A model generated the notes under the pieces. It did no database searches and was not told where the DNA came from. It worked only from the letters and a program-made list of their open reading frames with translations. Of a stretch of 64,000 bases of DNA, positions 13,019 through 25,375 are shown piece after piece; the first letter of the stretch is position 1, and every line of letters begins with the position of its first letter. The stretch spans positions 79,176,001 to 79,240,000 of the forward strand of contig NC_045696.1 of the NCBI RefSeq assembly GCF_009834535.1, given 5' to 3'. The stretch is from Camelus ferus. Its lineage: Eukaryota. The position numbers and the translations under genes are program-made.

Positions 13019-14642
13019 TTCAAAATCATAATCAAATTTATATGGAACCGTCAAAGACCTAGAATTGCCAAAGCATTACTGAAGAGAAAGAAAGAGGCTG
13101 GAGGAATAACTCTCCCAGACTTCAGACAACACTATAGAGCTACAGTCATCAAGACAGCATGGTATTGGTACAAAAACAGACATATAGACCAATGGAACAG
13201 AATAGAGAGCCCAGAAACGAACCCACAAACTTTTGGTCAACTAATCTTCGACAAAGGAGACAAGAATATACAATGGAATAAAGACAGTCTCTTCAGCAAA
13301 TGGTGTTGGGAAAACTGGACAGCAGCATGTAAAGCAATGAAGCTAGAACACTCCCTTACACCATACACAAAAATAAACTCAAAATGGATCAAAGACTTAA
13401 ACATAAGACAAGATACAATAAACCTCCTAGAAGAAAATACAGGCAAAACATTATCTGACATACATCTCAAAATTGTTCTCCTAGAACAGTCTACTCAAGC
13501 AATAGAAATAAAAGCAAGAATAAACAAATGGGATCTAATTAAACTTACAAGTTTCTGCACAGCAAAGGAAACCATAAGTAAAACAAAAAGACAACCTACG
13601 GAATGGGAGAAAATTTTTGCAAATGAAACCGACAAAGACGTGATCTCCAGAATATATAAGCAGCTCATACAACTTAATAAGAAAAAAACAAACAACCCAA
13701 TCCAAAAATGGGCAGAAGACCTAAACAAGCAATTCTCCAAGGAAGATATACAAATGATAAATAGGCACATGAAACAATGCTCAATATCACTAATTATCAG
13801 AGAAATGCAAATCAAAACTACGATGAGGTATCACCTCACACCAGCCAGAATGGCCATCATTCAAAAGTCCACAAAAGACAAATGCTGGAGAGGATGTGGA
13901 GAAAAGGGAACTCTCCTACACTGCTGGTAGGAACGCAGTTTGGTGCAGCCACTGTGGAAAACAGTATGGAGATTCCTCAAAAGACTAGGAATAGACTTAC
14001 TGTATGACCCAGGAATCCCACTCCTGGGCATATATACAGAGGAACCCTACTTCAGGATGACACCTGCACCCCAATGTTCATAGCAGCACTATTTACAATA
14101 GCCAAGACATGGAAACAGCCTAAATGTCCATCAACAGATGACTGGATAAAGAAGAGGTGGTATATTTATACAATGGAATACTATTCAGCCATAAAACCTG
14201 ACAACATAATGCCATTTGCAGCAACATGGATGCTCCTGGAGAATGTCATTCTAAATGAAATAAGCCAGAAAGAGAAAGAAAAATACCATATAAGACCGCT
14301 CATATGTGGAATCTAAAACAACAAGCAAACAAAGCATAAACACAAAACAGAAACAGACTCATAGACATAGAATACAAACTTGTGGTTGCCAAGGGGGCTG
14401 GGGGGAGGGGAGGTAGGAAGGGATAGACCGGGATTTCAAAATTGTAGAATAGATAAACAAGATTATACTGTATAGCACAGGGAAATATATACAAGATCTT
14501 ACAGTAGCTCACAGAGAAAAAAATGTGACAATGAATATATATACATTCATGTATAACTGAAAAATTGTGCTCTACACTGGAATTTGACACAACATTGTAA
14601 AATGATTATAAATCAATAAAAAATGTTAAAAAAAAAAAAAAA
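13019..14642 (+). mobile_element. Young 5'-truncated LINE-1 (3' part of ORF2 + 3' UTR + poly(A))
   Basis: ORF2 homology; G-rich 3' UTR tract; AATAAA at 14615-14620; A15 tail; TSD aaaaggactgtg (13007-13018) / aaaagaactgtg (14639-14650); TT/AAAA target site. Confidence 0.97.
13021..14316 (+). pseudogene. Disabled LINE-1 ORF2p C-terminal region (post-RT region and cysteine-rich domain)
   Basis: [76 protein letters not shown]. In-frame TAG at 13928-13930, a 1-nt frameshift near 14041, and no EN/RT core. Confidence 0.95.
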
Positions 14643-14650
14643 GAACTGTG

Positions 14651-14987
14651 AGAGATACAAGAGGAAAATATAGGCAGGAGTGATTCAAAGTGAACATGGA
14701 GGCCTCTAGAAGCAGAATAAAACCCTCAGCTGACAACCTATTGAGGACCTGAACCCCAGTCCTATCACTGAAAGAAACTAAATTCTGTCAACAACCTGTA
14801 AAATCAAAATAATAGATTTTGCCCTAGAGCCTGCAATAAGCAACACAGTCCTGCTGACACCTGATTTTAGCCCAATGAGACCTGCATCAGACTTTCTAAT
14901 TTCTTAACTATAAGATAATAAATGTATGTTACTTTAAGCCACTAAGCTTGTGGCAATTTGTATAGCAGCAATAAAAAAAATAATATC
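14651..14987 (+). mobile_element. MLT1E-type MaLR LTR, 3' part
   Basis: ggcctctagaagc...cagctgaca...aattctgtcaacaacctg...ctgctgacacc...tttaagccactaag...tatagcagcaata. Confidence 0.85.
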
Positions 14988-15439
14988 CTATATGACTCTG
15001 AAGTCTCTATTAGAGTGTATCTTTAATGAATATCAAAGAAGAATGAGAGTCAATTTATATAATCTTCCAGGATAATGAATGACTTGGAGACTCCTTCCCC
15101 CACCCCAAGTGGTCAGAAAACTTGCCAACTACCAAGGATTATTCCATTCCTATAAACTTGAGTCTCTGGAGATAAATTATGCCTGGCTCCTAGTTTGTAT
15201 GTCTTCCTTTTACCTCTTGGTAAGCCACCAGGCTCCCTTGGCTCCCCAAGGCTCCTACTCAGGTTCCTGTTGGTGGGCGAGACTTGGGCATCCAGTAGGA
15301 CCAGACTAGCTACACAATGATAGCCATCATTATCATATTGTTGCATTACTATTATTGCAATACTCTGTGATAATGTCATGATGGAAGTCTATACCAAATC
15401 CAGCACTTTATAAAAGAAAGCAAACCAATTTGGGAATGG

Positions 15440-15967
15440 TAGGAAAGAGAAGTTGGAGGTGCTTCATGGGATTTTAAATAGTGAACAGGAGCTTAAAAGT
15501 AGAATAAATTGATAGGACATTACAGGCAGAAGTAAGAGCACAAGTAAAGGCATGAAGAGGTGAAATGACTTCGGCTCCTCATTCACATCCTGCATGAACA
15601 AGGATAAAGGGTGTAAGTGGCAGGAGGCCAAGGATGCTGTTAGACAAGTATTCAGGGTTCATATCATGCAAGACTTTCTATGACATGAAAAGGAGCTTGG
15701 GATTTATAAACAATAGACAAGCTACTACAGAATTTTAAGCAGAGGAAAACAAAATTGTATTATGCTTCTGGGGCAGCATAAAGGACAAGTGGAGGAGGGT
15801 TAAGCAAGAAGTAAAGAAACAGGTTAGGAATCCACACAATGATTATACAAAAAAGATCAGGGTCTAACGCAAAGTGACAGACAGAAGGTGAAGATTTGAA
15901 AGTACTCAGAATGTGTAGGATTTGTTAACATTTTGTGAGGATGATTGAAGAGAAATTCAAGGATAAT
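15440..15967 (-). mobile_element. L2 LINE fragment
   Basis: acattacaggcagaagtaagagcacaagtaaagggcatgaag...ttttaagcagagg, typical of an antisense L2 body. Confidence 0.6.
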
Positions 15968-15989
15968 CATTAATCATCAAGGTCATCAC

Positions 15990-16250
15990 CATAAATAATC
16001 TTTGCTGGGTCTCAATATATGGCTGCCACTATGTTAAGCACTCCACTTGAATTATATCATGTGACCTACATAATAATACTAAGAGAAAGGTATGATTGTT
16101 ACATCCATTTTAAAGATGGAAAATTGCAATTTAAAGAGGGAAATTCACCTTTCAAAGTCACATTGTTAGTATCAAAGCCCAATTCCAAACCATGGCAACT
16201 GCCCTCAGAACCCACTTACTACAAAAACTATGCTCTTAACCACTGTCATT
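15990..16250 (-). mobile_element. MIR SINE inserted in L2
   Basis: ccattttaaagatggaaaattg...aaagtcaca...tgctcttaaccactg. Confidence 0.7.
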
Positions 16251-16269
16251 GCCCACAAGGCTTACACCC

Positions 16270-16570
16270 CGGTAACTGGCTAGGATGACTGGGTGAATAG
16301 GGGTTATTTCTAATTAGAAAAGTCAGAAAAGAGAGAAAAATAGCCTGAGGTTGCAAACTAAGGACATGCTGGGTTTGAGGTGCTAGGAGACATCTAGGTG
16401 GAAAGCCAAAGGGCTCTTGGACTTTGGGGTCTGGTATCTCAGACAGTTGTGATGGGAGATACTTATTTCCTACCCAAATCTCAGGCTGAGTCAAAAATTA
16501 TTGTAACTAGCAGGTATACCAGAAGCAGAGGCCAGGAAATACATAGGTGTAGTACAGATTAACTTCAGAG
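16270..16570 (-). mobile_element. L2 LINE fragment (continuation)
   Basis: ggacatgctgggtttgaggtgctaggagacatctaggtgga resembles L2. Confidence 0.55.
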
Positions 16571-16652
16571 ATTTAAAAAAAAAAAAGAAAGAAAGAAAGA
16601 CAGAAAGAAAAAAGAAAAAGAAAATTTGTCGCCAAATTTCCAAGGTAGTACA

Positions 16653-16672
16653 ATATCGCCACCTACTGCAAT
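16653..16672 (-). promoter_or_regulatory. Candidate CTCF-binding motif
   Basis: Minus strand reads TGCAGTAGGTGGCGAT, close to the CCASYAGRKGGCRS core; several CpGs retained nearby. Confidence 0.5.
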
Positions 16673-16974
16673 GGCTGTCAAGGACACTATATCTTCTGAG
16701 TCGGCTGAAAATCTGACTGGCAGGATTGGCAGTCCCTCTCTGGCACTCACGTCCTCTTCCCCTCCACCTGCGGCAGTCACCTTCCTCTGTTACCTCACTG
16801 TTTCCTGCCCCATGGTTCTTGAACCATAACTGGGATATAGAGCTTGGTAGGAGCCCCACAAATGTAAAGCGACTGGAAATTATAGCCAGTGTTTCAATCC
16901 ACAGATGTTATGATACAATCTCTTATTTCTCATTTCTTAACTGTCATTTCTTTTTTTGTTTTGTTTTGTCTTTT

Positions 16975-17140
16975 CCTGGTTCTGAATACTGTGCTGACAC
17001 ATTAGCTGGCGGGAAATTATACACTTTTTGATACTCAGTTTTCTCATCTGTAAACCGGGGTTATTAAGTTACCTAACGGTGCTATTCTGAACGTTAAAAG
17101 AAAATGATGTATACCAAACATGTATTGGAAAGTCCTAATA
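16975..17140 (+). mobile_element. MIR SINE fragment
   Basis: ctcagttttctcatctgtaaa core motif. Confidence 0.65.
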
Positions 17141-17450
17141 ATGTTTTGTTTCCCCTCACCCTTGATCTTGCCAACTCACATTTAGAAAGAATGCATCCTG
17201 TCTGAAATAAAAAGCTGCATAAAATGTCAACAGAGAACAGATGGCAGGAACTATTGGAGGACATGAAATAGAAACTTACAAAGTAGTCTTTGTTCACAGG
17301 CTCAAACAGAAAAAGGGAATAATGAAAATACACAAATATAAGAGAATTGCAAAAACATATTTAAACATGTGTTAAAACCTCTGATGTAAAATATACTTAA
17401 AAGAAGAACTAATAAAGTAAAAATAGATGAAGTTTCCATGATAAACAAAA

Positions 17451-17577
17451 CCATTTCATTTATGTGCTTTTTCATTTCATTCATTTTGTTTATTTCATTT
17501 GTTTCATTCATGTATTCATTTCATTTATTTTATTTATTCGCTCATTTATTTCATTTCATTTAAGTGTTATTTCATTT
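17451..17577. repeat. Degenerate (ATTTC/TTCA)n simple repeat
   Basis: Visible low-complexity run. Confidence 0.85.
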
Positions 17578-20500
17578 ACGTATATTAAGTAGAACAGCGG
17601 TGCGGATGTCTGCTACTTCCCTATGAAGCCTGCTTCCAAAATGCAGTTGCTCTGACCTTGGTTGTAGAATATGCATTTTGCCATTTAGTGCACTTTCCTG
17701 CATATTCATCCAAGTATTTATTACTCACTGCTAGGTGCGAGGCAGTGTGCTAGAAGCAACTGTGTCTTTTCTGCACTGTGGGCATGATCGTGACTTGATT
17801 AGGGCAGAGCTGAAGGGTTTATTTAGGGATAGTATAATTAGATTTCATTTGAGCACTGGGTTTTAAGGACCAACTTTTCTAACTTTGAATATGTTAGATT
17901 TGAGAAGAGACCCCAGGACATCTCAATGGGGGCCACTCATGCCCACTGTCCTGGTAAATTTTGGGATTGTGCTGGGGAGGTTTGCAAATGGCTCTGGACA
18001 TTGGCCAGGAATAAATCATCCCTACTGTTCAAGGTTTGTGGATGTTTCAGCTAGGAAACTTTGGATTGGAGAATTTTAGAGGAAAAAAATAAAGGTCATA
18101 TTAGGCATACAGGGGAAAATGTATGTATGGGCAAAGGACATAATGCACATGAAAAAGGGAATTTATTTTAGGGTTGTGCTTTGACCAAATGCAATACTCT
18201 GCAGGAATTTGAAAGTCTTTTGCTCTATAAATATTTTAAATGATTTTCAGATTTTTCAGATAACTTGAAAATCCAAGAAAAAAACCACATCCAGTTAAAG
18301 AGAATCTAGGGAAATGTTACTAGCCAACAATGCTCCCAGCTGGGAATGAGAGATCAACATATGTATTTGCTACCCAATCAATAGTTCAAAGAATGAGCAG
18401 TATTCAATATTACTGTTATGTCCGGAGAGTTAATAGTGCTTTACTGGCATTGCCTGTCAGCCATTCCAACATCTTTGTGGAACAAGTGGTCTTGTGCCAT
18501 CCTATGTCTCATAGGACTAGACATGGAGGAAGAAAGGCTTTGGTTGGAGAACAGGTCCTCAGTAGAAAAGAACAAACAAAGGAGGGACCATGTCTGCTGA
18601 TCCCACTATTCCCTCCTCCAGACCATATATTATTCCCTTCAAGATAAACACTCAATGAAGAAGGATTCAATATTTCATTTCCTTCTAGTTTTTTTCTTCC
18701 CCAAGATCATTTACTTTAACTCTCATTATAGGTGCAAGCAATTCTTTTTCTATTTGTAGCTGAAAATTGCCGTAGCACTCAGATTCCGACCATATTTTAA
18801 TGAAGCCTTTTACCAGCGCAGGGGCTCCTAGTGCCACGTGTGAAGGAGCTCTCAGATTTTCCATTAGAGGCCACACTTTGGATGGGTTTATAACTTGGAA
18901 GTAAACCTTTCGTCAGGTTGAAGTAGGGCAGAAAAGGTTTTAGCCTTAAGAGTACTTTGTTATTTCATAATAATAAATCAATTTTCCTTCAAGATCAGAG
19001 TGCAATAACAATTTTCCTCCAATGCTATCTCCTTGTATTTCTCCAGATTTATATAAATGACCACCTTTCACACATTTGTATCTCCAGACAGCATTTGTTT
19101 GGGGTCAGGGAAAAGGGTTCAAGTTGAACATTTTGTGCACGAAGCTAACGTAATATCCATAAAGGCCAGTTAGATTTTGCACTGAAGGGAATGTCTGTAC
19201 CAAAGGCGCAGGCAGCCTTTTCACAAATCCATTCTGTTGATCACCAAGGAACTACACAAGTGTGTGTGGGTGGTTCTGAACAAACCTCTCACCATTCTCT
19301 GAGAAACAACTGAGGGGATAGGTCCCAGGAACCAGTATTTTGGTCTGAAGACATGAGAGACAATTCCCTGCGTGAATGGTAATACCATCACTTTTTAATT
19401 TCCTCTCACATTCCAGGTTAATACAGACAGAATATTAAAGGGGGACAGTTTCTGGTTGCAGATTCCTACTCTATACTCTTTATAGCTAAGTGGGGTAACT
19501 GAAAAATGATAACTGGGTCACCAGAAAATGATACAGAGCCCAGATGAATTCATATAATTTTACCGAATCACATACATACACACAGATGCACACGCACATA
19601 CACAAAAAGAGTGAACATTTTATTTATTAAACAGTGAACACAAAATCTCTACTAATTTCCACAGTTCCACAGATTCTTTCCTATGTCTGTGAGCTCTAAG
19701 AATTTAAATGTTTTCTCAAGTCATTCAGGACTGGAGTTGGTGATGATGCTTTTCAAAGTATGAATTTATGCACCGTATCTGTTTTGAAGGATGTGTATTT
19801 TGTTGGATGCATCTGAATTAAACAGCTTTCTCAACCAGTACAACTGGTCCTTATTACTGCTACTGGCAGCCAAACAACTATCATGGTTGTTGCCAGATCT
19901 TATGTTTGCTATATTCTTTGATTCCTTTTCATGTATCACTGTCTTTTAGTCTCAACCATCCTAGCTACCTTCTTTAACATAAATTGGACAGGATTTTAAA
20001 ACGTCATTTAACAACAAAAAATTTTTTACTTCTTAACAACCCAGAGAAATAGATTCTTCTAAAAGGAAATAGATTGCTTAAAAAACAACATGTCCCAACT
20101 AACTAGTCATTGCCACACCAAGCTTTATGATAAAAAGTATTAACCCTTTGGGATTCCTACACTAATCTCTGTTTTGCTCTTTTTGTCACTGTCTCCAGGA
20201 AAGCAGTGGCAGGTAGCTGGCTGGAGGTGACAGTTATGCAGAAAGAAAGAGCAGAGAAGCAAGATGGCTGCAAAGATGGGCAATCCACCTGCCAGCAATT
20301 CACAGCCCTCCTCCTCCCAGTAACCATCTTGTGCTGCCTGCAGGCAAAGCTCCTTTTGCTTGTGTTCAGCTCTGAAAATCATGCTTTATTATTGCCATGA
20401 TCCCAAAAAGGCAAATTATTATTATTACTCATCCCCATGTCCTACTTTCACACTGAACAATTATGACTTCAGACGAGAAATCACAGTTTCATATCAAAAT

Positions 20501-21669
20501 GCTCATACATTTATGGAAATACATAGCTGTCATTCTGCATAAAATTAGAAGCCTTCAATTTTAGTTTCAAAATCATTCTAGATGGAAATAGTGAATACAA
20601 ACAAAATATTTCTATAGCTGGTGTGACATGTCCTATTCTACCCTAACAACATAAAGTTTCCAGTGAAAGCAGTTAATTAACAACTAAATCATGATAACCC
20701 TGTCTTTGTGCATGTCTTGTAGATGATGAGCTGTCAATAGTCCACATACAAATGACAAAGAAGGTAAAAAAAGGAGGAACTGAGCCTTGGTTTTAATTGG
20801 GACACTGCAGAGTTGGAAATAATCCCCCAAATCGCAATGCCCTCTTCAATCACCTTGAAAAAAAATCATGCAGGTACATAATGTAGAGAAAACCACACTT
20901 CAAAATCAACTATTTGCTATTTATTATTTTAGGTAGAAGTTCTGGGGAATTAACTATATATATTAATAAGATGCCATAAAATAATATATATTTATTATGC
21001 ATTTAAAAGATTAGCCTGTATTGAAAGGAACATAACACAAAAATAGGCTTGACATTATTTAGTTTATCTGTGAAGTTCAGAAGCACTTGAGTATCTTATT
21101 TTGCTTTAGGATATCTATTACTAAATCAATTATTGGACTGGAGATTCAGATATGCTTATAATTGAGAGTCCTGGGAATAGAATAAAGAGGGTATTACAAA
21201 GATTTTATTCCCTGCTTCATATATGGGAATTATATACACCAATGTATTCCACTGTCACTTGCGATAAACATTTACTACTGATGCTAAATATTGGAATTAT
21301 TTTAAGGAATGGGATACAGTCAGAATACCATGTGAAAGTCACTTAGAAAGTTCTAGTTAAAAAGTCAAATTATTTCCTTGAAAAGAATTCATATTTTGGT
21401 GATTATGGCAGTGGTCAAAGTGTTTTTGTTTTTGTTTTAATGTCATTTCTGTTGTTTTGCATCTTTGTAGTGAAATTTTTACAAATACAGATTGGTAATT
21501 TAAAGAAAAAGTTATTAAAATAATGATAAAACTTGGAAAGATCCCTTTGTGAGCTGATTATTTTTAGAAAGAAAAAAAAATGGTTCACTAGTATATTTAG
21601 AAAATGGTTGTGCTTTTAAACTAACCATGGAAAGTTAGAATTAAAATTATTCTCAATAGCAACATAACA

Positions 21670-21835
21670 TATTGGATAGAGCACTGAACAGGCGTTGAGA
21701 GACTTGGGTTTTCTGTCAGAACTCTGCCTCTAATTAGCTGTTGCCCTTCAGCAAGTCACTTAAAGTTTTCAAAACTTTAGTAAAGTGGAGAATGGGAATT
21801 GGATGACAGTTTTTAATATTTCTTCCAGCTCTAAA
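21670..21835 (+). mobile_element. MIR SINE
   Basis: gacttgggtt...ctctgcctctaattagctgt...gcaagtcacttaa...ttccagctctaa. Confidence 0.65.
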
Positions 21836-23418
21836 TATAAACCATTTGTTTGATGTTTTAGACAAAGTTTACCAAATCTTTTACCATGATCACTAAAAAT
21901 GGAAGTCCATATTTTGACTGGATTTTGTCTTTATAATCAAGTATTTAGCTTCACTGGTGAAAGAAGTCAAGGAAACAACATTGAGAGAAGGTATGAGATC
22001 TGAATTCAGAACTAGTTTTCTAGAACCACTGTGATTCAAGAAACAGAACTAGAGTCCCTCCAGTTAAATTGTCTTAAATACAATTAAGTCCTGAGAATAA
22101 GAAAGGTTTGTATTTCCACTCCTGAATGGTGTCTACAAACTCTCTCAAAGAGTATTGTTTACGGTTTATAAAGAAATGCACTTGTCTCCAAGGAGATAAA
22201 TAAGCTACGCCTTAAAATATATTAATGGCAATGATGAATTTTGACTATTCAAATTTTGATTTACATGCTGGAAGCTTAACATCTCAAGATTGACTCTGGT
22301 GACAAAGAAGTGTAAAGACATTTTACGTCTAACAAACTGTGAAATCTAATCAGATAAGGGAGTCATATTTTTAAAAATCCATTTTCCTTGAACTCTTCTA
22401 TGTTTGGTCTACTTTGTAGGATGAGGAGAATCATAATGTGGCATGATTGCAGAAGCATGCAGCGGGGTGATGGGCATTTTTATTAGTTTCAGCGGTTTCT
22501 GGTCACACACATATTATACTTACTGTCAAGTCAAGAGGCTACTTTTTCCCCAAGGAATTTCCTGAGTTGAAACACCACGGAGATATTTATACAACTAAAG
22601 TAAATACTAATATTTGCTGTATTCCTCAGGGAAGATCCTCAGAATACATGAACATTGTGACAATTTAGCTGAATCTTACTGTATTGGTAGATTATATATG
22701 TGTTCATCTGATTTTAATTCATATGAGATAAAAATAAGTGTACAGATAAAGATAGAGTGTATGGTCTTATGCATATGCATTTGTAGAGGACTTCCTTTTA
22801 GTTTTCTCTTTTGTTTTACTGAGTATGTGTGGATATAAAAAATTCAGCTCATTCCAAAGTATGTAGGTCCTTGTTAAGTAACCTAAATCAGTACTTTCCA
22901 TCATTCACTGTTAATAATATATTAGCAGATAGTACAGGAAGTGTTATATTTATTTTTTCACTTGAAGATCACTATGAACAGATGTAGGGCAGGCTATAAA
23001 TCTGAAGCCATCTAGATTCTAATGTGCCTCATTACAAATAGCACATAAGGGTGAAACTTGAAGACTGGGGCAGGTGGGTTTAGCATGTCCAGAAATAGAA
23101 ATTAGATTTTAGGAAACAGAGTCATAAATTCGAAGTTGATCCTTTCTATCTGATTTTTTCTGCCTTATTTTAAAATATCTATTTATATTTCTATATCCTT
23201 CAGAGAATTCTTATCAGGTTACAGAACAGAGAATTCTTAATAAAGGCAATATAAATTTACTATTTTTTGGTGTTGATATAATTTCATGAGAATGAAAATG
23301 TCTTTAAGTATATTTACTTATTAGGATATAGTGACAAAGTAATGACATTTAAACAAATTCTTAAGAATTTATATCTAGTGATGGTCTGACTGCAAAATAA
23401 TATTCTAATGCTCAAAGT

Positions 23419-23457
23419 ATTATATATATACTTATATATATATATATATATATATAT
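23419..23457. repeat. (TA)n microsatellite
   Basis: Visible TA run. Confidence 0.9.
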
Positions 23458-23499
23458 AAAGTATAAAATATATTTTATAGATACATTCAAGAATCAGTT

Positions 23500-24780
23500 T
23501 ACATGGAATTATGTTTCTGGTCATGGCCAAGTGGCTCCTACTGGAACAACTGTCCTAAAGATGACAACCATAAAATCCACCAACTATAAATCACACAAAA
23601 CTATCTGAAGACACTGGACAACAACTGCAAAGATATGCATATCTTTGAAAGAACATAACAGAACCTAGATTCTCTACAATGTATCATTCACGATGTACTA
23701 TCCAAATGACACGAAAAGAATAGAAAATCATGATCCACATTCATTAAAGAGGCAACTAATGAAGATTGATTCTAAAGTGAACCAGGGTCAGAATGAATAG
23801 ATAAGGATTTTAAACAGTCATTATAACTATACTGAAGGATGTAAAGAAACTGCTCAGCATTAATGCAATAGTAAGGTATGCAGCTGAGAAATAAACCATC
23901 AAAAAATGAACCCTTAGAAATGACAAATACAATATCTGAAATAAAATTTTACTAGATGGGATTAACATTAAATGAAGACAACAGAAAACTCAGTAAATTT
24001 GAGGACAAATTAACAGAAATTCAATCTAAACAATAAAAAAGAAAATATTGGAGAATCAGTTTACCAAGGCAGCTCTGAAACATTTCTAATAATGTGGCAA
24101 GAGGGTCAAAATATATGACCATCCATATAACTACTGACTCAGCAATTCAACTTCCAGGAATTTATCCTAAAGAATATGAGCTCCTTAATGGCAAGAGATA
24201 ACTTGCTTTGTTGTCTGCTAAACTTCTAGCACCTAGAACAGTGTCTGGCACCTAGTAGGTAAAAGTAAATACATAAATTCGAAAGAATGAATGAAGAAAA
24301 GGATAAATGAATGCATAAATGTATAAATGGAAAATGATACAAGAAGGTATAGTTGACCCTTGAACAACTTGGGTTTGAACTCGAGGGTACACTTATAAAC
24401 GCATTTGTTTCAATAGTAAATAATACAACACTATACCATCCAATGTTGGTTGAATCCACAGATACAGAACCTTGAGTCCAGAGGAACCCCATATACAGAG
24501 GGCTAACTGTAAGTTATACATGGACTTTTGACTACACAGAGGGTTGGTGCCCTAACCCCCTCATTGTTCAAGAGTCAACTGTATGTACAAGGATTTTCAT
24601 AGCTAGTATTGTTTCTAAAAAACTACCAAATATACAAATCCAGATACTTGATTATATGAAGTCTAATTACTTAATAGAAGTGTTTTTCATATTAAAAGTG
24701 ACGCAGATAAGTATTTATCACTAATTCATTCATGATATAATGTTCAGTGAAAAAGCAAGTTGTGAAACAATATATACATG
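23500..24780 (+). mobile_element. Ancient L1M(E)-type LINE-1 fragments hosting nested L2-like and MER8 insertions
   Basis: ORF1-region-like purine-rich stretch; tgactcagcaattc..ggaatttatcctaaagaa resumes as tatgtacaaggattttcatagc after the inserts. Confidence 0.6.
24350..24581 (+). mobile_element. MER8 (TcMar-Tigger family) MITE, full length
   Basis: TIRs (t)agttgacccttgaacaa / ttgttcaagagtcaactg; flanking TA duplication at 24348-24349 and 24582-24583; interior collinear with MER8. Confidence 0.9.
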
Positions 24781-25099
24781 TCATGTATTTTAATAGAGCA
24801 AGGTGATTAAAACTGTCTTTGTAAAATTTAAAAATAAAACCCATAATAAGACAAAAGACTGCTGGAGTCATTATCAAATAACCACAACTTATTTTTAATT
24901 TAAAATACCTAGCTTATATGGCCCTATATAATTTTTAAAGACCAAAGACATCCTCAAAGGACAAACATTAGCTAGCATACAGGTTTTTTTTTAAAAGGTG
25001 CTACAAACTCTGAAATAAATTCCCAAGGTGTTTAAAACAAAGGTAACGTCAGTATGGTAACTGTATTCCCCACAGGTAAGTTACTTATCTTGGAGACCA

Positions 25100-25320
25100 T
25101 TAGACAATGGTTAAAGAGTACATATCCTTGAGATAAAATCTTGGTTTGAAGTCCCAGTTCCACCATTATCGAGAAGGATGACCTCAGGAAAAATTATCCT
25201 CTCTTTGCCTCAGTTTTCCCATCTTTAAAATGGTGATGCTAATAGCAGTTACAAGATAATATTGTAAACATTATCCAGTTAATATATATAAGTCATTTAA
25301 AACAGTGCTGTATAAGCTTC
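25100..25320 (+). mobile_element. MIR SINE
   Basis: tgcctcagttttcccatctttaaaatgg core. Confidence 0.75.
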
Positions 25321-25375
25321 AGTTGTTACCTTACAATTGTATATGTCAGTCTTATTATAACAGCTTTTAAAAAAA

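Noticed and set aside
12926..13930. 334-aa ORF as a functional cellular gene or active reverse transcriptase
   Set aside because: A 5'-truncated L1 ORF2 lacking the EN and RT domains, with a premature stop and a downstream frameshift
13237..14590. Antisense and off-frame ORFs overlapping the L1
   Set aside because: By-products of L1 sequence composition
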